From Vulcanimicrobiota bacterium (GTDB lineage: Bacteria; Vulcanimicrobiota; Vulcanimicrobiia; Vulcanimicrobiales; Vulcanimicrobiaceae), in NCBI GenBank assembly GCA_963714015.1, contig OY970223.1, positions 896,001 through 960,000 of the forward strand: a DNA stretch of 64,000 nt. Reading direction: 5' to 3'. The first letter of the stretch is position 1. Each line of letters begins with the position of its first letter. Position numbers and translations under genes: made by a program. The notes beneath the pieces are model-generated. The model was not told the DNA's origin and did no database searches. It was given only the letters and a program-made list of their open reading frames with translations. Shown here in pieces: positions 9,961-20,150 of the stretch.

Positions 9961-11384
9961 GCCGCGGCTCCGGCCATCAGCCGTCCGATGCGCGCGCGAT
10001 CTATCGCCGCACCGGCAAACTGGCCGGCGATGCGACCGCGGTACATCACGAGCACGCGGTCCGAAAGGGCGAGCACTTCATCCAATTCGAACGAGATCAG
10101 CAAAATCGCCGTACCGGCATTGCGCGCTTCGATCAATCGCGACTGCACCAGCGCTGCAGCGCCCACGTCTACGCCGCGCGTAGGCTGATATGCCAGTACG
10201 AACGCCGGATCGTCCAGCAGCGCGCGCCCGGCGACGAGCTTCTGCTGATTGCCGCCGGAGAGCGTTCGCACCGGTACGCTCAGGGAAGCTGCGCGCACGT
10301 CGAAGCGCTCGACGATGTTCTGCGCAGCGCGCAGCGCAGCGGTGGGAGCGATCAACACGCCGCGCCGCATACTCGGCGAATGCTGCCGCCCCAGCATAGC
10401 GTTGTCGGTGATGGACCAGTTCATCACCAGGGCTTCACGTTGCCGGTCTTGCGGAATGATTGCAGCCCGTCCATCGATCGCAATGGATCCTCGAATCGGA
10501 ATCAAGCCGGCAATAGCGTCGGCCAGCGTCGACTGACCGTTCCCTTCGACGCCGGCGATACCGACGATCTCCCCCGCATGCACGTCGAACGAAATTCCGG
10601 AGATTTCCGTACTGCCCGAACCGGCGCTTACGTTTTCCGCATGAACGCACGGACGATTGCCGGCCGCCGTGCGCGCCGCGATCTTCGGCAGGTCGCCGCC
10701 GACCATCGCGCGCGCAATCTCCTCGACGCTCGTCTGTGCGGTTTCGTAGCGCGCGACGATCTTGCCGCGCCGCATGACGCTGACCCGCTCCGAGTAGTCG
10801 ATGACTTCCTGCAGTTTGTGCGTGACAATCATGACCGCGGTTCCCGCGGCGGCAAGGCGTTTTACGGTTTCGAAGAACGCCGCAATCTCTACCGGCGCGA
10901 GTGCGGCGGTCGGTTCGTCCAGCAGCAGCACTGCGGGTTCTCGTTCGAGTTCGCGCAGCAATTCGACGCGTTGCTGCACACCGATCGGCAATTCTTCGAC
11001 ATACGCGTCGGGGTCGATCTGCAAGCCGTTCCGCGCCGCCAAATCGCGTACACGAGCACGGGCGGCAGCCGTATCGATACGCCAGCCGCTTCGAGGCTCC
11101 CGCCCCAGCAGCACGTTCTGCCATACCGTCAAACGGCCCACCAACTGAAAATGCTGGTGCACCAGTCCGACGGTACCGCTCGCTTCAACGGTTCCTTCGT
11201 CCGCTTTCAACGCGCCGAATGCAATGTTCGCCAGCGTCGACTTTCCCGCGCCGTTCTCGCCGACCAGCGCGTGCACTTCGCCCGCGCATAATTCCAAATC
11301 AACACCGTCGACGGCTACTACGCCGGGAAACGCTTTGCGAATGTCTCGCAGGCGCAGCGCGGCGAGGCCGTCTACGGTTTCCAC
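9957..11384 (-). CDS. ABC transporter ATP-binding protein with two ABC domains
   Basis: GENGAGKST, LLLDEPTA, LSGGNQQK, QPTRGVDV. Confidence 0.93.
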   Translation of the reverse strand: METVDGLAALRLRDIRKAFPGVVAVDGVDLELCAGEVHALVGENGAGKSTLANIAFGALKADEGTVEASGTVGLVHQHFQLVGRLTVWQNVLLGREPRSGWRIDTAAARARVRDLAARNGLQIDPDAYVEELPIGVQQRVELLRELEREPAVLLLDEPTAALAPVEIAAFFETVKRLAAAGTAVMIVTHKLQEVIDYSERVSVMRRGKIVARYETAQTSVEEIARAMVGGDLPKIAARTAAGNRPCVHAENVSAGSGSTEISGISFDVHAGEIVGIAGVEGNGQSTLADAIAGLIPIRGSIAIDGRAAIIPQDRQREALVMNWSITDNAMLGRQHSPSMRRGVLIAPTAALRAAQNIVERFDVRAASLSVPVRTLSGGNQQKLVAGRALLDDPAFVLAYQPTRGVDVGAAALVQSRLIEARNAGTAILLISFELDEVLALSDRVLVMYRGRIAGQFAGAAIDRARIGRLMAGAAA

Positions 11385-12403
11385 GCAGCCAAGGCCTCAC
11401 GCGTCTGCGGAACGGCGATGCCGCCGTTCTCGATCCGCTGCTCGAGCGAATTCAAATGCGCGATCATCACAGGCGATACCGCATCGTGCGTATACTGAAA
11501 ATTCGTCAACGACACGCCTTTCTCGCGCAAGCCCAGCACTACATGACCCTGCAGCGGCCGATGCTGCTGCAACGCGCGCGCGATGTGAAAGACCGCTACG
11601 TCGACGTGCTTTACCATGGACGTCAGGATCTTCCCCGGCGCCAGCGCATCCTGATCGTTGTCGACGCCGATGATGTAATAGCCGGTCGGCCTCGACTTGA
11701 CCGCGTCGATTGCACCCAAGCCCACTTTTCCCGCCGCGGTATAGATGATGTCCGCGCCGCCGCCGAACAGGATGTTCGCAATTTCTTGGCCCGCCGGCAC
11801 GTCGTCGAACGATCCCGCATACTTCACGTCGACCTTCACCGACGGATCTATCTCGCGCACGCCCGCAATGTATCCGGCTTCAAATTTGCGAATCAGCGGG
11901 ATGTCCTGGCCCCCGAGAAACGCCACGTGCCGGGTCTTGGTGACCATGGCTGCAAGCGCGCCGGCCAAGAACGACCCGTCCTCTTCGGTGAACGTCACCG
12001 AGACGATGTTCGCCGCCGGCACGACGTCGTCGATGATCGCATAGCGCCGATCCGTAAACTGCGCCGCCACTTGCTGCAGATCGTCGCCCATCAAGAAACC
12101 GATGGCGTAGATCATGTCGTAGCCGGCTTCACTGAGCACGGTCAGGTTCGGCTGATAATCGGCGGCCGATTTGGATTGCAGCACTTTGACGAACGCGCCC
12201 AGGCGTGCCTGACTGGTCTGCAAACCGCGATACGCGGAATCGTTGAACGACTTGTCGCCGAGGCCGCCGACGTCGGTCACCATTCCCAGCGTCAGTTGCC
12301 CCGCCCGCGGCCGAAGAACGCGCCGCACGCAGCCTGCCTGGCCGGACGCGCAAAGGATCGCCGCGAGCGATGCGAGCATCTGCCGGCGCTTCATTACGGC
12401 CAC
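11372..12403 (-). CDS. BMP-family ABC substrate-binding protein
   Basis: GGLGDKSFN, GSFLAGALAA, IIGVDNDQ, ILTSMVK. Confidence 0.92.
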   Translation of the reverse strand: MAVMKRRQMLASLAAILCASGQAGCVRRVLRPRAGQLTLGMVTDVGGLGDKSFNDSAYRGLQTSQARLGAFVKVLQSKSAADYQPNLTVLSEAGYDMIYAIGFLMGDDLQQVAAQFTDRRYAIIDDVVPAANIVSVTFTEEDGSFLAGALAAMVTKTRHVAFLGGQDIPLIRKFEAGYIAGVREIDPSVKVDVKYAGSFDDVPAGQEIANILFGGGADIIYTAAGKVGLGAIDAVKSRPTGYYIIGVDNDQDALAPGKILTSMVKHVDVAVFHIARALQQHRPLQGHVVLGLREKGVSLTNFQYTHDAVSPVMIAHLNSLEQRIENGGIAVPQTREALAAWKP

Positions 12404-12454
12404 TGTTTGCAGAGGCTTTGGCCGATGCCTTTGGGCTTGTTCGCTCCGGGGTAC

Positions 12455-14125
12455 ATGGTGGACGTGCCCCAGGAGCAGGTGAAGGACTTGCGCGAGACCC
12501 CGCCGCGCCGCTGGTCCGAAGAACTAGGCGGGATTCGTTGGCTTCCGCGCATCATCGACAAAGCGCGCGCCGCCATGAACGGAACGTTGGGCGATTATCT
12601 CTACGGTCAAAGCCCGATGGACCGGGGTTTGCTTCTCGCGCTCGGCGTAACGTATAAAGAGTTCACCGCCATCGTGCGCCGCTCGGACGGCGACGACGAA
12701 AAAGTCCTGGAGAGCTTGCAGGCGCGTTCCTCCGACGGCATGGAGCTGGCGCGCCGCTGGAGCGAACGGCTCCCGCGCCGGCATCGCGCGTTTCTTTTTT
12801 CGATCGATTTGGACGACGGATACGCGGGAGGCTGGCTTCAGGCGTTTCGTCCCGTGATCCGGATTTTGACGCACGTGTACAGTCAATGGATACGCTTGCA
12901 TTGGCCGGCCAAAGCCGCATTGATCGGGCTGGAAGTCGAGACGCAGCGAGCGGGCGATCGCGCCGAGGCGGCGCGCGGCACGGAGGAAGAGCCGTACAAC
13001 TGGTTCACGACGCAAACGCTGGATTCGGCGTGGAAGACGCTGCTCTCGATCGTGCTCGCCTTCTTGATCGTTGAGTACATCGTGCGCTTTTTCGAGCGCG
13101 TCGGCACGATCTTCCTGATCATCATCGCGGCGATCTTTTTCGCATATCTGATCTATCCGATCGTGCGCTGGCTCAACCGAAAGCTCCCGCTGATCGTTTC
13201 GATCTTGCTCGTCTACGCCGTGATTGCGGCGATCGTCGCCGTTGGACTGATGTACTTGATTCCGGCGGTGATGGCCGAAGTAACGACGCTCTCACACACT
13301 TGGCCCGTGATGGAGGCGAGGATCACGGCGTTCATCCGCGATCCGCACAACAAACTCTTCGCGCGTATGCCCACGCCGATTCGCAGCCAAGCCGAAAAAC
13401 TTCCGCAGGCCGTGGTCACGTGGGCCCAAACGCACGGCGCAGCCGCTCTGGGAAACGCCGTGATGGTGCTGATCGGCACCGTTGCGCTCATCGCCGCGTG
13501 CGTTGCCGTTCCTGTCCTCGGCGCGTATCTGCTCTACGATTCGGAGACGATCAAGCGGTTCTTCATGGGATTCATTCCCAGCCGCAAACGTGAAGCGACG
13601 CTCGGCCTGCTCTCGGAATTGGAACAGGTCGTCGGCGGATTCATACGCGGGCAGTTGCTCGTCGGCGGATCCGTGGGCTTCCTGATTGCCGTCGGCTTGA
13701 TGCTGGTCGGCGAGCCATACGCAATTCTAATCGGTGTGCTGGCTGCCGCGCTCGATTTGATTCCGTACATCGGGCCGGTCATTGCGGCGATTCCGGCCTT
13801 TACGATCGCATTCATCTCCGGCGGTTTTCCGCTCGCGGTAAAGGTCGCCATCGTCTTTGTCCTGGCCAATCAAGCCGAAGGGCACATCATCGCGCCCAAC
13901 ATCGTCAGCCGCACGATTCAGCTGAGCCCAAGCGCCGTGGTCGTCTCCATTCTTATCGGGGGCGAACTCTACGGTATCCTGGGGATGTTCATCGCGGTGC
14001 CCATCGCGGGAATTATCCGCGTGCTGCTGCTGCACGTCATCCCCGGCTCGGTGAGTCGCGAAGAGGCGCGGCCGGTCCTGACCAAGGACCCGCATGACTC
14101 CGCTGAAGAAGCCGCTGCTTCGTGA
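12455..14125 (+). CDS. DUF5069-like domain fused to AI-2E family transporter
   Basis: N-terminal PRRWSEELGGIRWLPRIIDKARA...GDYLYGQSPMD; C-terminal AI-2E features (FAYLIYPIV, GFIRGQL, LIPYIGP, QAEGHIIAP). The long 5' part of the computed ORF overlaps antisense genes and is discarded. Confidence 0.85.
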   Translation: MVDVPQEQVKDLRETPPRRWSEELGGIRWLPRIIDKARAAMNGTLGDYLYGQSPMDRGLLLALGVTYKEFTAIVRRSDGDDEKVLESLQARSSDGMELARRWSERLPRRHRAFLFSIDLDDGYAGGWLQAFRPVIRILTHVYSQWIRLHWPAKAALIGLEVETQRAGDRAEAARGTEEEPYNWFTTQTLDSAWKTLLSIVLAFLIVEYIVRFFERVGTIFLIIIAAIFFAYLIYPIVRWLNRKLPLIVSILLVYAVIAAIVAVGLMYLIPAVMAEVTTLSHTWPVMEARITAFIRDPHNKLFARMPTPIRSQAEKLPQAVVTWAQTHGAAALGNAVMVLIGTVALIAACVAVPVLGAYLLYDSETIKRFFMGFIPSRKREATLGLLSELEQVVGGFIRGQLLVGGSVGFLIAVGLMLVGEPYAILIGVLAAALDLIPYIGPVIAAIPAFTIAFISGGFPLAVKVAIVFVLANQAEGHIIAPNIVSRTIQLSPSAVVVSILIGGELYGILGMFIAVPIAGIIRVLLLHVIPGSVSREEARPVLTKDPHDSAEEAAAS

Positions 14126-15012
14126 GTACGATTCTCCCGAGCCCCGTGAACCGCGTCGACATCATCGGCGTGCCGATGGACCTCGGCGCCAGCCGGCGCG
14201 GCGTGGACATGGGGCCGTCCGCCGTTCGCTACGCGCGCCTGAACGAGCGGCTGCACCGCCTCGGCATCGAGAACATCAACGATTTGGGCAATCTGACCGT
14301 GCCCATTCGCGAGGCCGTGCCGCAGTCCGACCAGCACGCCAAGTATTTTGACGTCATCGACGAGGTTTGCACCGAGCTCGCCGCCATGGTCGAGCGCGTG
14401 GTGAAGGAGGGCGGTTTTCCGATCGTGCTGGGCGGCGATCATTCGATTGCGATGGGCACGCTGTGCGGCTTGACCAAAGCGCGCGGCATGGCGCCGGGCG
14501 TCGTGTGGATCGACGCGCATAGCGACATCAATAGCCCGGACAGCTCGCCCAGCGGGAACGTGCACGGCATGCCGCTGTGGTTTGCGTTGAAGAACGGCTA
14601 CGCGCTGCCCGAACACACCGTGCAGATCGGCCTGCGCGACGTGGACGCGATCGAGAAAGCGAATCTGCGCGCCGCAAAAGTTGCGGCGTTCACGATGAGC
14701 GACGTCGATCGCCTGGGGATGACGCGCGTCATGGAAGAGTCGATCGGGATTGCCGGAGCAGGGGGCCGCTCCATACACGTTTCGTTCGATATGGACGGCA
14801 TCGATCCGAGCGAGGCACCCGGAACCGGAACCCCCGTCAAAGGCGGCTTGAGTTACCGGGAAGCGCACCTCGCAATGGAGATGCTGTTCGAATCGGGGCG
14901 GCTGGGCAGTATTGAAATGGTCGAGATCAATCCGATTTTGGACACGCGCAATCAAACCGCACTACTTGCGGTTGGGCTGATCTGCTCCGGTTTGGGGAAG
15001 TCGATTTTGTAG
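14122..15012 (+). CDS. rocF: Arginase
   Basis: GGDHS, WIDAHSD, SGNVHGMP, SFDMDGIDP, APGTGTPV. Confidence 0.93.
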   Translation: MSTILPSPVNRVDIIGVPMDLGASRRGVDMGPSAVRYARLNERLHRLGIENINDLGNLTVPIREAVPQSDQHAKYFDVIDEVCTELAAMVERVVKEGGFPIVLGGDHSIAMGTLCGLTKARGMAPGVVWIDAHSDINSPDSSPSGNVHGMPLWFALKNGYALPEHTVQIGLRDVDAIEKANLRAAKVAAFTMSDVDRLGMTRVMEESIGIAGAGGRSIHVSFDMDGIDPSEAPGTGTPVKGGLSYREAHLAMEMLFESGRLGSIEMVEINPILDTRNQTALLAVGLICSGLGKSIL

Positions 15013-15031
15013 CGGCGGTTTGTGCCGCGAC

Positions 15032-15352
15032 TCAAAATCTTCTGGTGGAAACCCGCTGCGGCGTTTGTGTCAGAACGGCCACAATGTCCCTGTAAAGAAT
15101 CTGCAACTCGTCCGCGCCCGATACGCCATGCACGTTCGCCGACCATGCATCCAGCGCTTCACGCAGTTCGATCCGGCGCTTTCGCAGCCAACCGCCATTT
15201 TGCGGCGCATTAAACGCCGCTTGCTCTAGGGCCACCAACGCACGCAGCGGAGCGCGCATTTCTTCGATGTCGCCTCGAGCCCGGGTTGCAATAGCACAAC
15301 GCATAGCATCGCACGCGGCCCTGAGAGTTGCATTGTCTAACGGATCAGCCAT
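15032..15352 (-). CDS. Hypothetical helical protein, 106 aa
   Basis: Purine-rich AAGGAAG just before the ATG; fills the intergenic gap. Confidence 0.55.
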   Translation of the reverse strand: MADPLDNATLRAACDAMRCAIATRARGDIEEMRAPLRALVALEQAAFNAPQNGGWLRKRRIELREALDAWSANVHGVSGADELQILYRDIVAVLTQTPQRVSTRRF

Positions 15353-15529
15353 ACTTCCTTATTTTCGCGGGGCCACGCTTTACGCGTTTCAACGCTGCAG
15401 CCATGAACTGCGAATCAGCTGCAGCGATTCGCTGCTTGCAGTATCCCATAAATCCTGGTATCTGCATAGGGTTGACCCCCAGAGGGCCGAGCGGCAAACA
15501 CAACCGGCGGTCGATTATTTCCCGACCAA

Positions 15530-16408
15530 TCAGGATGACGAGGTAAGGTCTGCACGCTCTGAAGGACGCGTTATAAATTCGAGTGCGCTGCGCATGATGG
15601 AATTCCGCGCGGGAACCTTTATTCGATCGGCGAGCCGCAGTACAGCCAGGACCTTAACGCTCCACCACGTGGGATCGAATTCGAACCAGCGCAACCCATG
15701 GCGCGCCGAATACGGAAACGCGTGGTGATTGTTATGCCAGCCTTCTCCCCAGGAAATAAGCGCAACCCACCAGCAGTTGGTTGAGAGGTCGGGCGTTCGA
15801 AACGTACGGTAACCCAACGAGTGGGCCGCGCTGTTGACCAGCCACGTCGCATGATAGCTCACCACCAGGCGGACGAAAACGCCCCAGATCACCCACGACC
15901 ATCCGCCCATAGCGAATAGTGCGCCGGCAAGTGCGAGTTGCAAGGGTCCGTGAATGTATTGCAACGCGCGATAAAACGGTTGCTCGTAGAGATCGGGGGC
16001 AAAACGCCGCAATTCCTCTTGCGTCGGCATTGCATCGTTCTGTTTGTAGAGCCACTGCATATGGGCCCAGCGGAAACCGACGTTACGCCCATGGGGATCG
16101 CCCTGCGCATCGGAATGAACGTGATGTTTGCGATGTGTGGCGACCCAACGAATCGGATCGCCTTGCAGCGCGAGCGTTCCAAAAATCGCGAGCGCATACT
16201 CCAAAGGCTTACGCAGCCGCAATGCACGGTGCGTCAATGCGCGATGATAGCACAGCGTAACGCCCAGGCCGCCTGTGACGTACATCAGCACCGCTGCAGC
16301 AACGAGTGCGCTCCAATGGAACATGCCCGGGATGAATGCGGCGAGCGCCCCAATATGAATCGCGCTCAGACCAACGCTGTTGATCCGAGCGCGAATGCGG
16401 CTATTCAC
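15530..16408 (-). CDS. Acyl-CoA/acyl-lipid delta-9-type desaturase
   Basis: His boxes YHRALTH, HRKHH and GEGWHNNHH. Confidence 0.93.
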   Translation of the reverse strand: MNSRIRARINSVGLSAIHIGALAAFIPGMFHWSALVAAAVLMYVTGGLGVTLCYHRALTHRALRLRKPLEYALAIFGTLALQGDPIRWVATHRKHHVHSDAQGDPHGRNVGFRWAHMQWLYKQNDAMPTQEELRRFAPDLYEQPFYRALQYIHGPLQLALAGALFAMGGWSWVIWGVFVRLVVSYHATWLVNSAAHSLGYRTFRTPDLSTNCWWVALISWGEGWHNNHHAFPYSARHGLRWFEFDPTWWSVKVLAVLRLADRIKVPARNSIMRSALEFITRPSERADLTSSS

Positions 16409-16411
16409 CGT

Positions 16412-16723
16412 TTAGCGATAGCTGGGACGTGACGCGAAGCAATCGCGGCAGTAAACCGGCTTGTCTCCGCGAGGTTGGAACGGAACTTCCGCGACCCCCC
16501 CGCACTGACTGCACGTTGCCTGGAACATCTCGCGCCGGCCGCCGCCGCCGCCGCTCCCGCCGCCCGTGCGTCCGCCGCCGGAGGCCTTGCGCGCCGCGCG
16601 GCAATCCGCGCAGCGGCTCGGTTTGTTCGTAAAGCCTTTGCTGGCGTAAAATTCTTGTTCGCTTGCGGTGAACGGGAAGGTGCGTCCGCAATCGACGCAG
16701 TTTAGATTTTCATCTGAGTACAT
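16412..16723 (-). CDS. Zinc-ribbon protein with CxxC-x17-CxxC domain
   Basis: CVDC...EQEFYASKGF..PSRCADC, Gly-rich linker, CSQC-x17-CRDC; AGGAG RBS before the ATG at 16723. Confidence 0.9.
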   Translation of the reverse strand: MYSDENLNCVDCGRTFPFTASEQEFYASKGFTNKPSRCADCRAARKASGGGRTGGGSGGGGGRREMFQATCSQCGGVAEVPFQPRGDKPVYCRDCFASRPSYR

Positions 16724-16950
16724 GAACGAGTCTCCTAACTCTGTGTAGTGGGTTTGTGGTAATCGGACTCGCCAGTACTGTAACAAAAAGTTGAAACACT
16801 AGTGAGCGCGGCAAATTCATACTGAACGTCTTCGACTCGGCGAAGCCGCTCGGCATCTATTGCTAATTCGGAATTTCTAGAAATATCGGACCAATCTTTC
16901 GCCGGCGCAACTTGTCGATCGCTCGAAAGATTGCGCCCTGAGTGACCAGG

Positions 16951-16979
16951 AGTATCTCACGAAACTGTGCCCGGTACAA
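16951..16979 (-). promoter_or_regulatory. Candidate sigma70 promoter for the zinc-ribbon/desaturase operon
   Basis: Minus strand TTGTAC-N17-GATACT with an extended -10 TG. Confidence 0.4.
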
Positions 16980-17068
16980 CCCTCCCACAACCCCTCGAGC
17001 CCGCAAAGGGTTGCGGCCTGCCGGCCTCCGCATTCCGTAGCCGATCGAGGCAATGTGCTGGAATGCGG

Positions 17069-17822
17069 TCAGAGTCGAATAGTCGCCACGCCCTGACAGC
17101 TTACTCCGCCTCCGCACACGGCTGCGTCCCAATCGGCTTCGGCCAAGATTGCTTCGATTTCATGCTCGGTCTGTGCGTCAAGAGGCGGATCGAAGCTGAC
17201 GTTCATCGTGCGTCCGTCTTCGCCCACGGTGACGCTCAACGTCACGTGCTGCGAGCCGACTTTCTGCTGCAGCATGGCGACCACGCGCGGATCGAGTACG
17301 GGATCTTGCTGCGCGCCGAGCGGCATCACGCCGCCGCGATCTCCGTTCCCCCCGGCGACGCTGCGAGAACCACCGACGACCGCAGGCTGCGGCGAGGCGG
17401 GTGCATTCTGCTCGGCGGCCGCAATGGGTTTTTGCGGCGTCGTGATTTGCGCGTACAGCGGTGCGGCTTGATGAACTCGACGTTTCGGTGCGGCGGCGTG
17501 CGTTCCGGGAGCGAGCACTTCGTGCTGCGGGACGGCAGGTTTCTTCGTACGCGCGGCGATCTGCGTGCGGACTTTAGCATAGCTGACGATCTTCGCGAGC
17601 TTCGCCGCCTGTGGGAGGGCGTGCGCGGGGGCGCGCTCGACGGGCTGCTGGATTTGCAGGCGAATCAGGTGAGCGAACGTCAGGCTTTCGATTGGCTGCA
17701 ACCCTTGCGATTGCGTGCGAATCCAATTGGGAAGGAAGAATGCCAGAAGCAGGTGCAGCACGATCGACAGTGCGAGCGCACGCCGAAAGAGTCTGCTGGT
17801 TGTTCAAAACGTAGACTGCCAT
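17069..17822 (-). CDS. TonB-like membrane-anchored periplasmic protein; frameshift near 17790
   Basis: GGAG-N4-ATG at 17822; after removing 1 nt it reads FRRALALSIVLHLLLAF, then a Pro/Ala/Lys-rich linker and a TonB-C-like end (VTLSVTVGEDGR). Confidence 0.55.
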
Positions 17823-17897
17823 TGCGCTCCGGTTGGGAAACGAATCTACGACCGGAGGCGTGACCAGCACCTGCAAGAAACTGCATCGGAGAAACTT

Positions 17898-18164
17898 TTG
17901 CGCGACACGAACATCGTTTTGTACCAAGCCGAGTGGTGCCCATACTGCGCCAGGGTCAGAGCCAAATTGACGGACCTTCTCTTAGATTACAAGTGCGTAA
18001 ACGTGCCGCACGAACACAGCGGGCGGACCATTGTCAAAGAGGTGTCGGGGCAGACCGGGATTCCGGTGATGGTCGACGGCGACGTCGTCTTGAGCGACGA
18101 CGACGACATCATCCCATACCTGGAAAAAACGTACTCCGAAGCATCGCAAGCTCAGCACCGCTAA
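17898..18164 (+). CDS. Glutaredoxin/GST-N-like protein
   Basis: GGAG then in-frame TTG; LYQAEWCPYC, SGQTGIPVMVDG. Confidence 0.85.
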   Translation: MRDTNIVLYQAEWCPYCARVRAKLTDLLLDYKCVNVPHEHSGRTIVKEVSGQTGIPVMVDGDVVLSDDDDIIPYLEKTYSEASQAQHR

Positions 18165-18180
18165 GCGGTTAGCCGCGCCG

Positions 18181-19281
18181 TCACGGCGCGACAGGGGTCA
18201 TTTCGAAAGCGGTCACCGTACCGTTATCAATGCCGCGCCCGACAATCCATCCGTTGTTGTTGATGCCGAAGGCGTCGAGCGACGTCCAACCGGAACCGGG
18301 GCCGACCATCGACGAAAGCCCTTCGATTTTTCCATTTTGGTAGATAAACCCATCACTGGTGCGGGATTGGGTGTCGCCGCAGAAGCCCACCACCTGATCC
18401 GAATCGTTAAGCGCCGTTGCCTGACACTTTCCGATGGACAACGATGGAATCCGGATCATTTTCGTGCCGTCGTAAAACCAGGGAATCGGATTACCTTTCG
18501 AATCGGCGGCGTAGCCCGCCAGATGCTGTTCTCCGTTGATTGCAACGGCAGTGGGGCTCGTATAGCCGGGCAGCGGGCCGAGGTCCCGTATCGACGTCGG
18601 GGTGTACTCGACTGCATGCTCGGCTTCGCCGACCATCTCGAAGCCGGCGCCGTCGCCTAAACGGTTGATGCCGAAGCCGGCGCTGCCGGTGCTTCCGGGC
18701 AAATGCGGCGGCTGCACAAAGTGCCCGTCCGGATAAAAGTACATCGTAACATCCGTGCCGTTCACGATGCCGCTTCCGATTGTCAGGCCGGAGTCGTTTA
18801 TGGCTTCCGCGACGGGATAAGTGACTTTGTAGAGCGATTGGAAGTCGATCAACTTGTTTGCCGGCGTCCATTTAACGCCGCACTCGCACTTGCGATAATA
18901 CGCTGCTCCGACCGCTGCGTCGTGGTTATTGACGGAGACTGGAAACGCGCCGCGTTGCGGTGCCGAAAGACGAATCAACTTGCCGTTTTCAAATTTCAGC
19001 GGAATCCATTGCGAGTTATGAAGGACTGAACCGACCGCGACACCTGCGTCGTTGATTGCACGCGCGCTCGCAAACGTCGCTCCCGCCAATGTTCCGAGAT
19101 CGACGATTTTGTATCGCGCCGCCGCGCGAAAACCTCGACTGAACGACAAGGAGTTGTTCTCGGCCCCACCGCCGGCGAACGGCGTCGTCCTTTGCGCATA
19201 CCCCGAACAAGCCGACAACAAGCCGACACCAAGCGCGGCGAAGAAGCAGAACGATAAACCGGTGAGCCCGATAGTTTTCAT
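18181..19281 (-). CDS. HAF-repeat extracellular lipoprotein
   Basis: Lipobox LSAC; repeated DLGTL / A-x-AIND-x-G-x-x-VG units. Confidence 0.8.
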   Translation of the reverse strand: MKTIGLTGLSFCFFAALGVGLLSACSGYAQRTTPFAGGGAENNSLSFSRGFRAAARYKIVDLGTLAGATFASARAINDAGVAVGSVLHNSQWIPLKFENGKLIRLSAPQRGAFPVSVNNHDAAVGAAYYRKCECGVKWTPANKLIDFQSLYKVTYPVAEAINDSGLTIGSGIVNGTDVTMYFYPDGHFVQPPHLPGSTGSAGFGINRLGDGAGFEMVGEAEHAVEYTPTSIRDLGPLPGYTSPTAVAINGEQHLAGYAADSKGNPIPWFYDGTKMIRIPSLSIGKCQATALNDSDQVVGFCGDTQSRTSDGFIYQNGKIEGLSSMVGPGSGWTSLDAFGINNNGWIVGRGIDNGTVTAFEMTPVAP

Positions 19282-19371
19282 AGCGACGGTTTCCTTCCGA
19301 GGCAGCCGTAATTCAAAGCGTCTTTGTTGCCGTTCCTTCGAAGCTCCGTTCAGTTAGGCCAAATTGGACGC

Positions 19372-20150
19372 CTAAAGGGCCATGGCAAGAATCGCCGCAA
19401 GCACAGCGCCGCTCAAAGTCGCGAGGGCGTTTACTGCGTCGTTGTTCATCCAGGCGCGGCCGCGAATTCGCTGCGTCGCGGTGCCGCACACGTGCGGATT
19501 GGTTTCGCACTCGCGCCGGCATTCGGGGCAGTAACGCAGATCCTGCGTGCTCGCGCCCAGCAGCGAGTCGACTAGGGCACCGCCGATGCCGCCGGCAGCG
19601 ACCGGAATCAGCGCGCCGACGCCGCATTTCCAAGCCACCGCGCCAACCAGCAATCCGCCCGCGACCTCGGCCGCCGTGCCCAGCGGGGTAACGCCGCCGG
19701 ACAGTCCGGCCGCGATCGGCCGAAGCGTCAGAATGGAGCGAGGCGCCGTACGAGCCAGCGTGCCGATCTCCGTCCCGAACGTGTCCGCCGCGGCGGCCGC
19801 AAACGCGCCTGCGAACGCCGCCGCCAAGACCGGCGAATGGTCAGCCGCCGCAGCGACGGCGCAGAGCGCCGCAACGCCGCCGTTCGCCAGTACCTGCCAC
19901 TGGTCGCGGGCCCCATGTTTGCCCATGTCGGTCAGACGCCGTTTGGCGGCACGTCCGGCGCGCGAGAGCAGCGTCGAGGGAATGAAAAATGCGAAGAGCA
20001 CCGCCGCGTACGGCCAGCCGCCCGAACCGAACACGCATGCTCCAATCGCGAAGGCGGCCGCCGCGCCTCCCGGGGTGAGCGCACGCGCGCGCCGCGCCGC
20101 AAGGGCGATCAGCGCGGCAAGCGCCGCACCTGCAGCGACGCGCGCGGCTA
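19372..20150 (-). CDS. DUF92 (TMEM19/VTE6-like) membrane protein; start uncertain
   Basis: RDQWQVLANGG, AAADTFGTEIG, GLSGGVTPLG, VDSLLGA, NNDAVN; no in-frame start codon near the hemD stop. Confidence 0.8.

Noticed and set aside
10901..12454. 5' half of the 1074-aa computed ORF
   Set aside because: Antisense shadow of the ABC ATPase and BMP genes; the plausible start is 12455.
15353..15529. c-di-GMP-I riboswitch suggested by GGCAAAC
   Set aside because: No following GNRA hairpin or GACGCAAAG element, and wrong orientation for the flanking genes.
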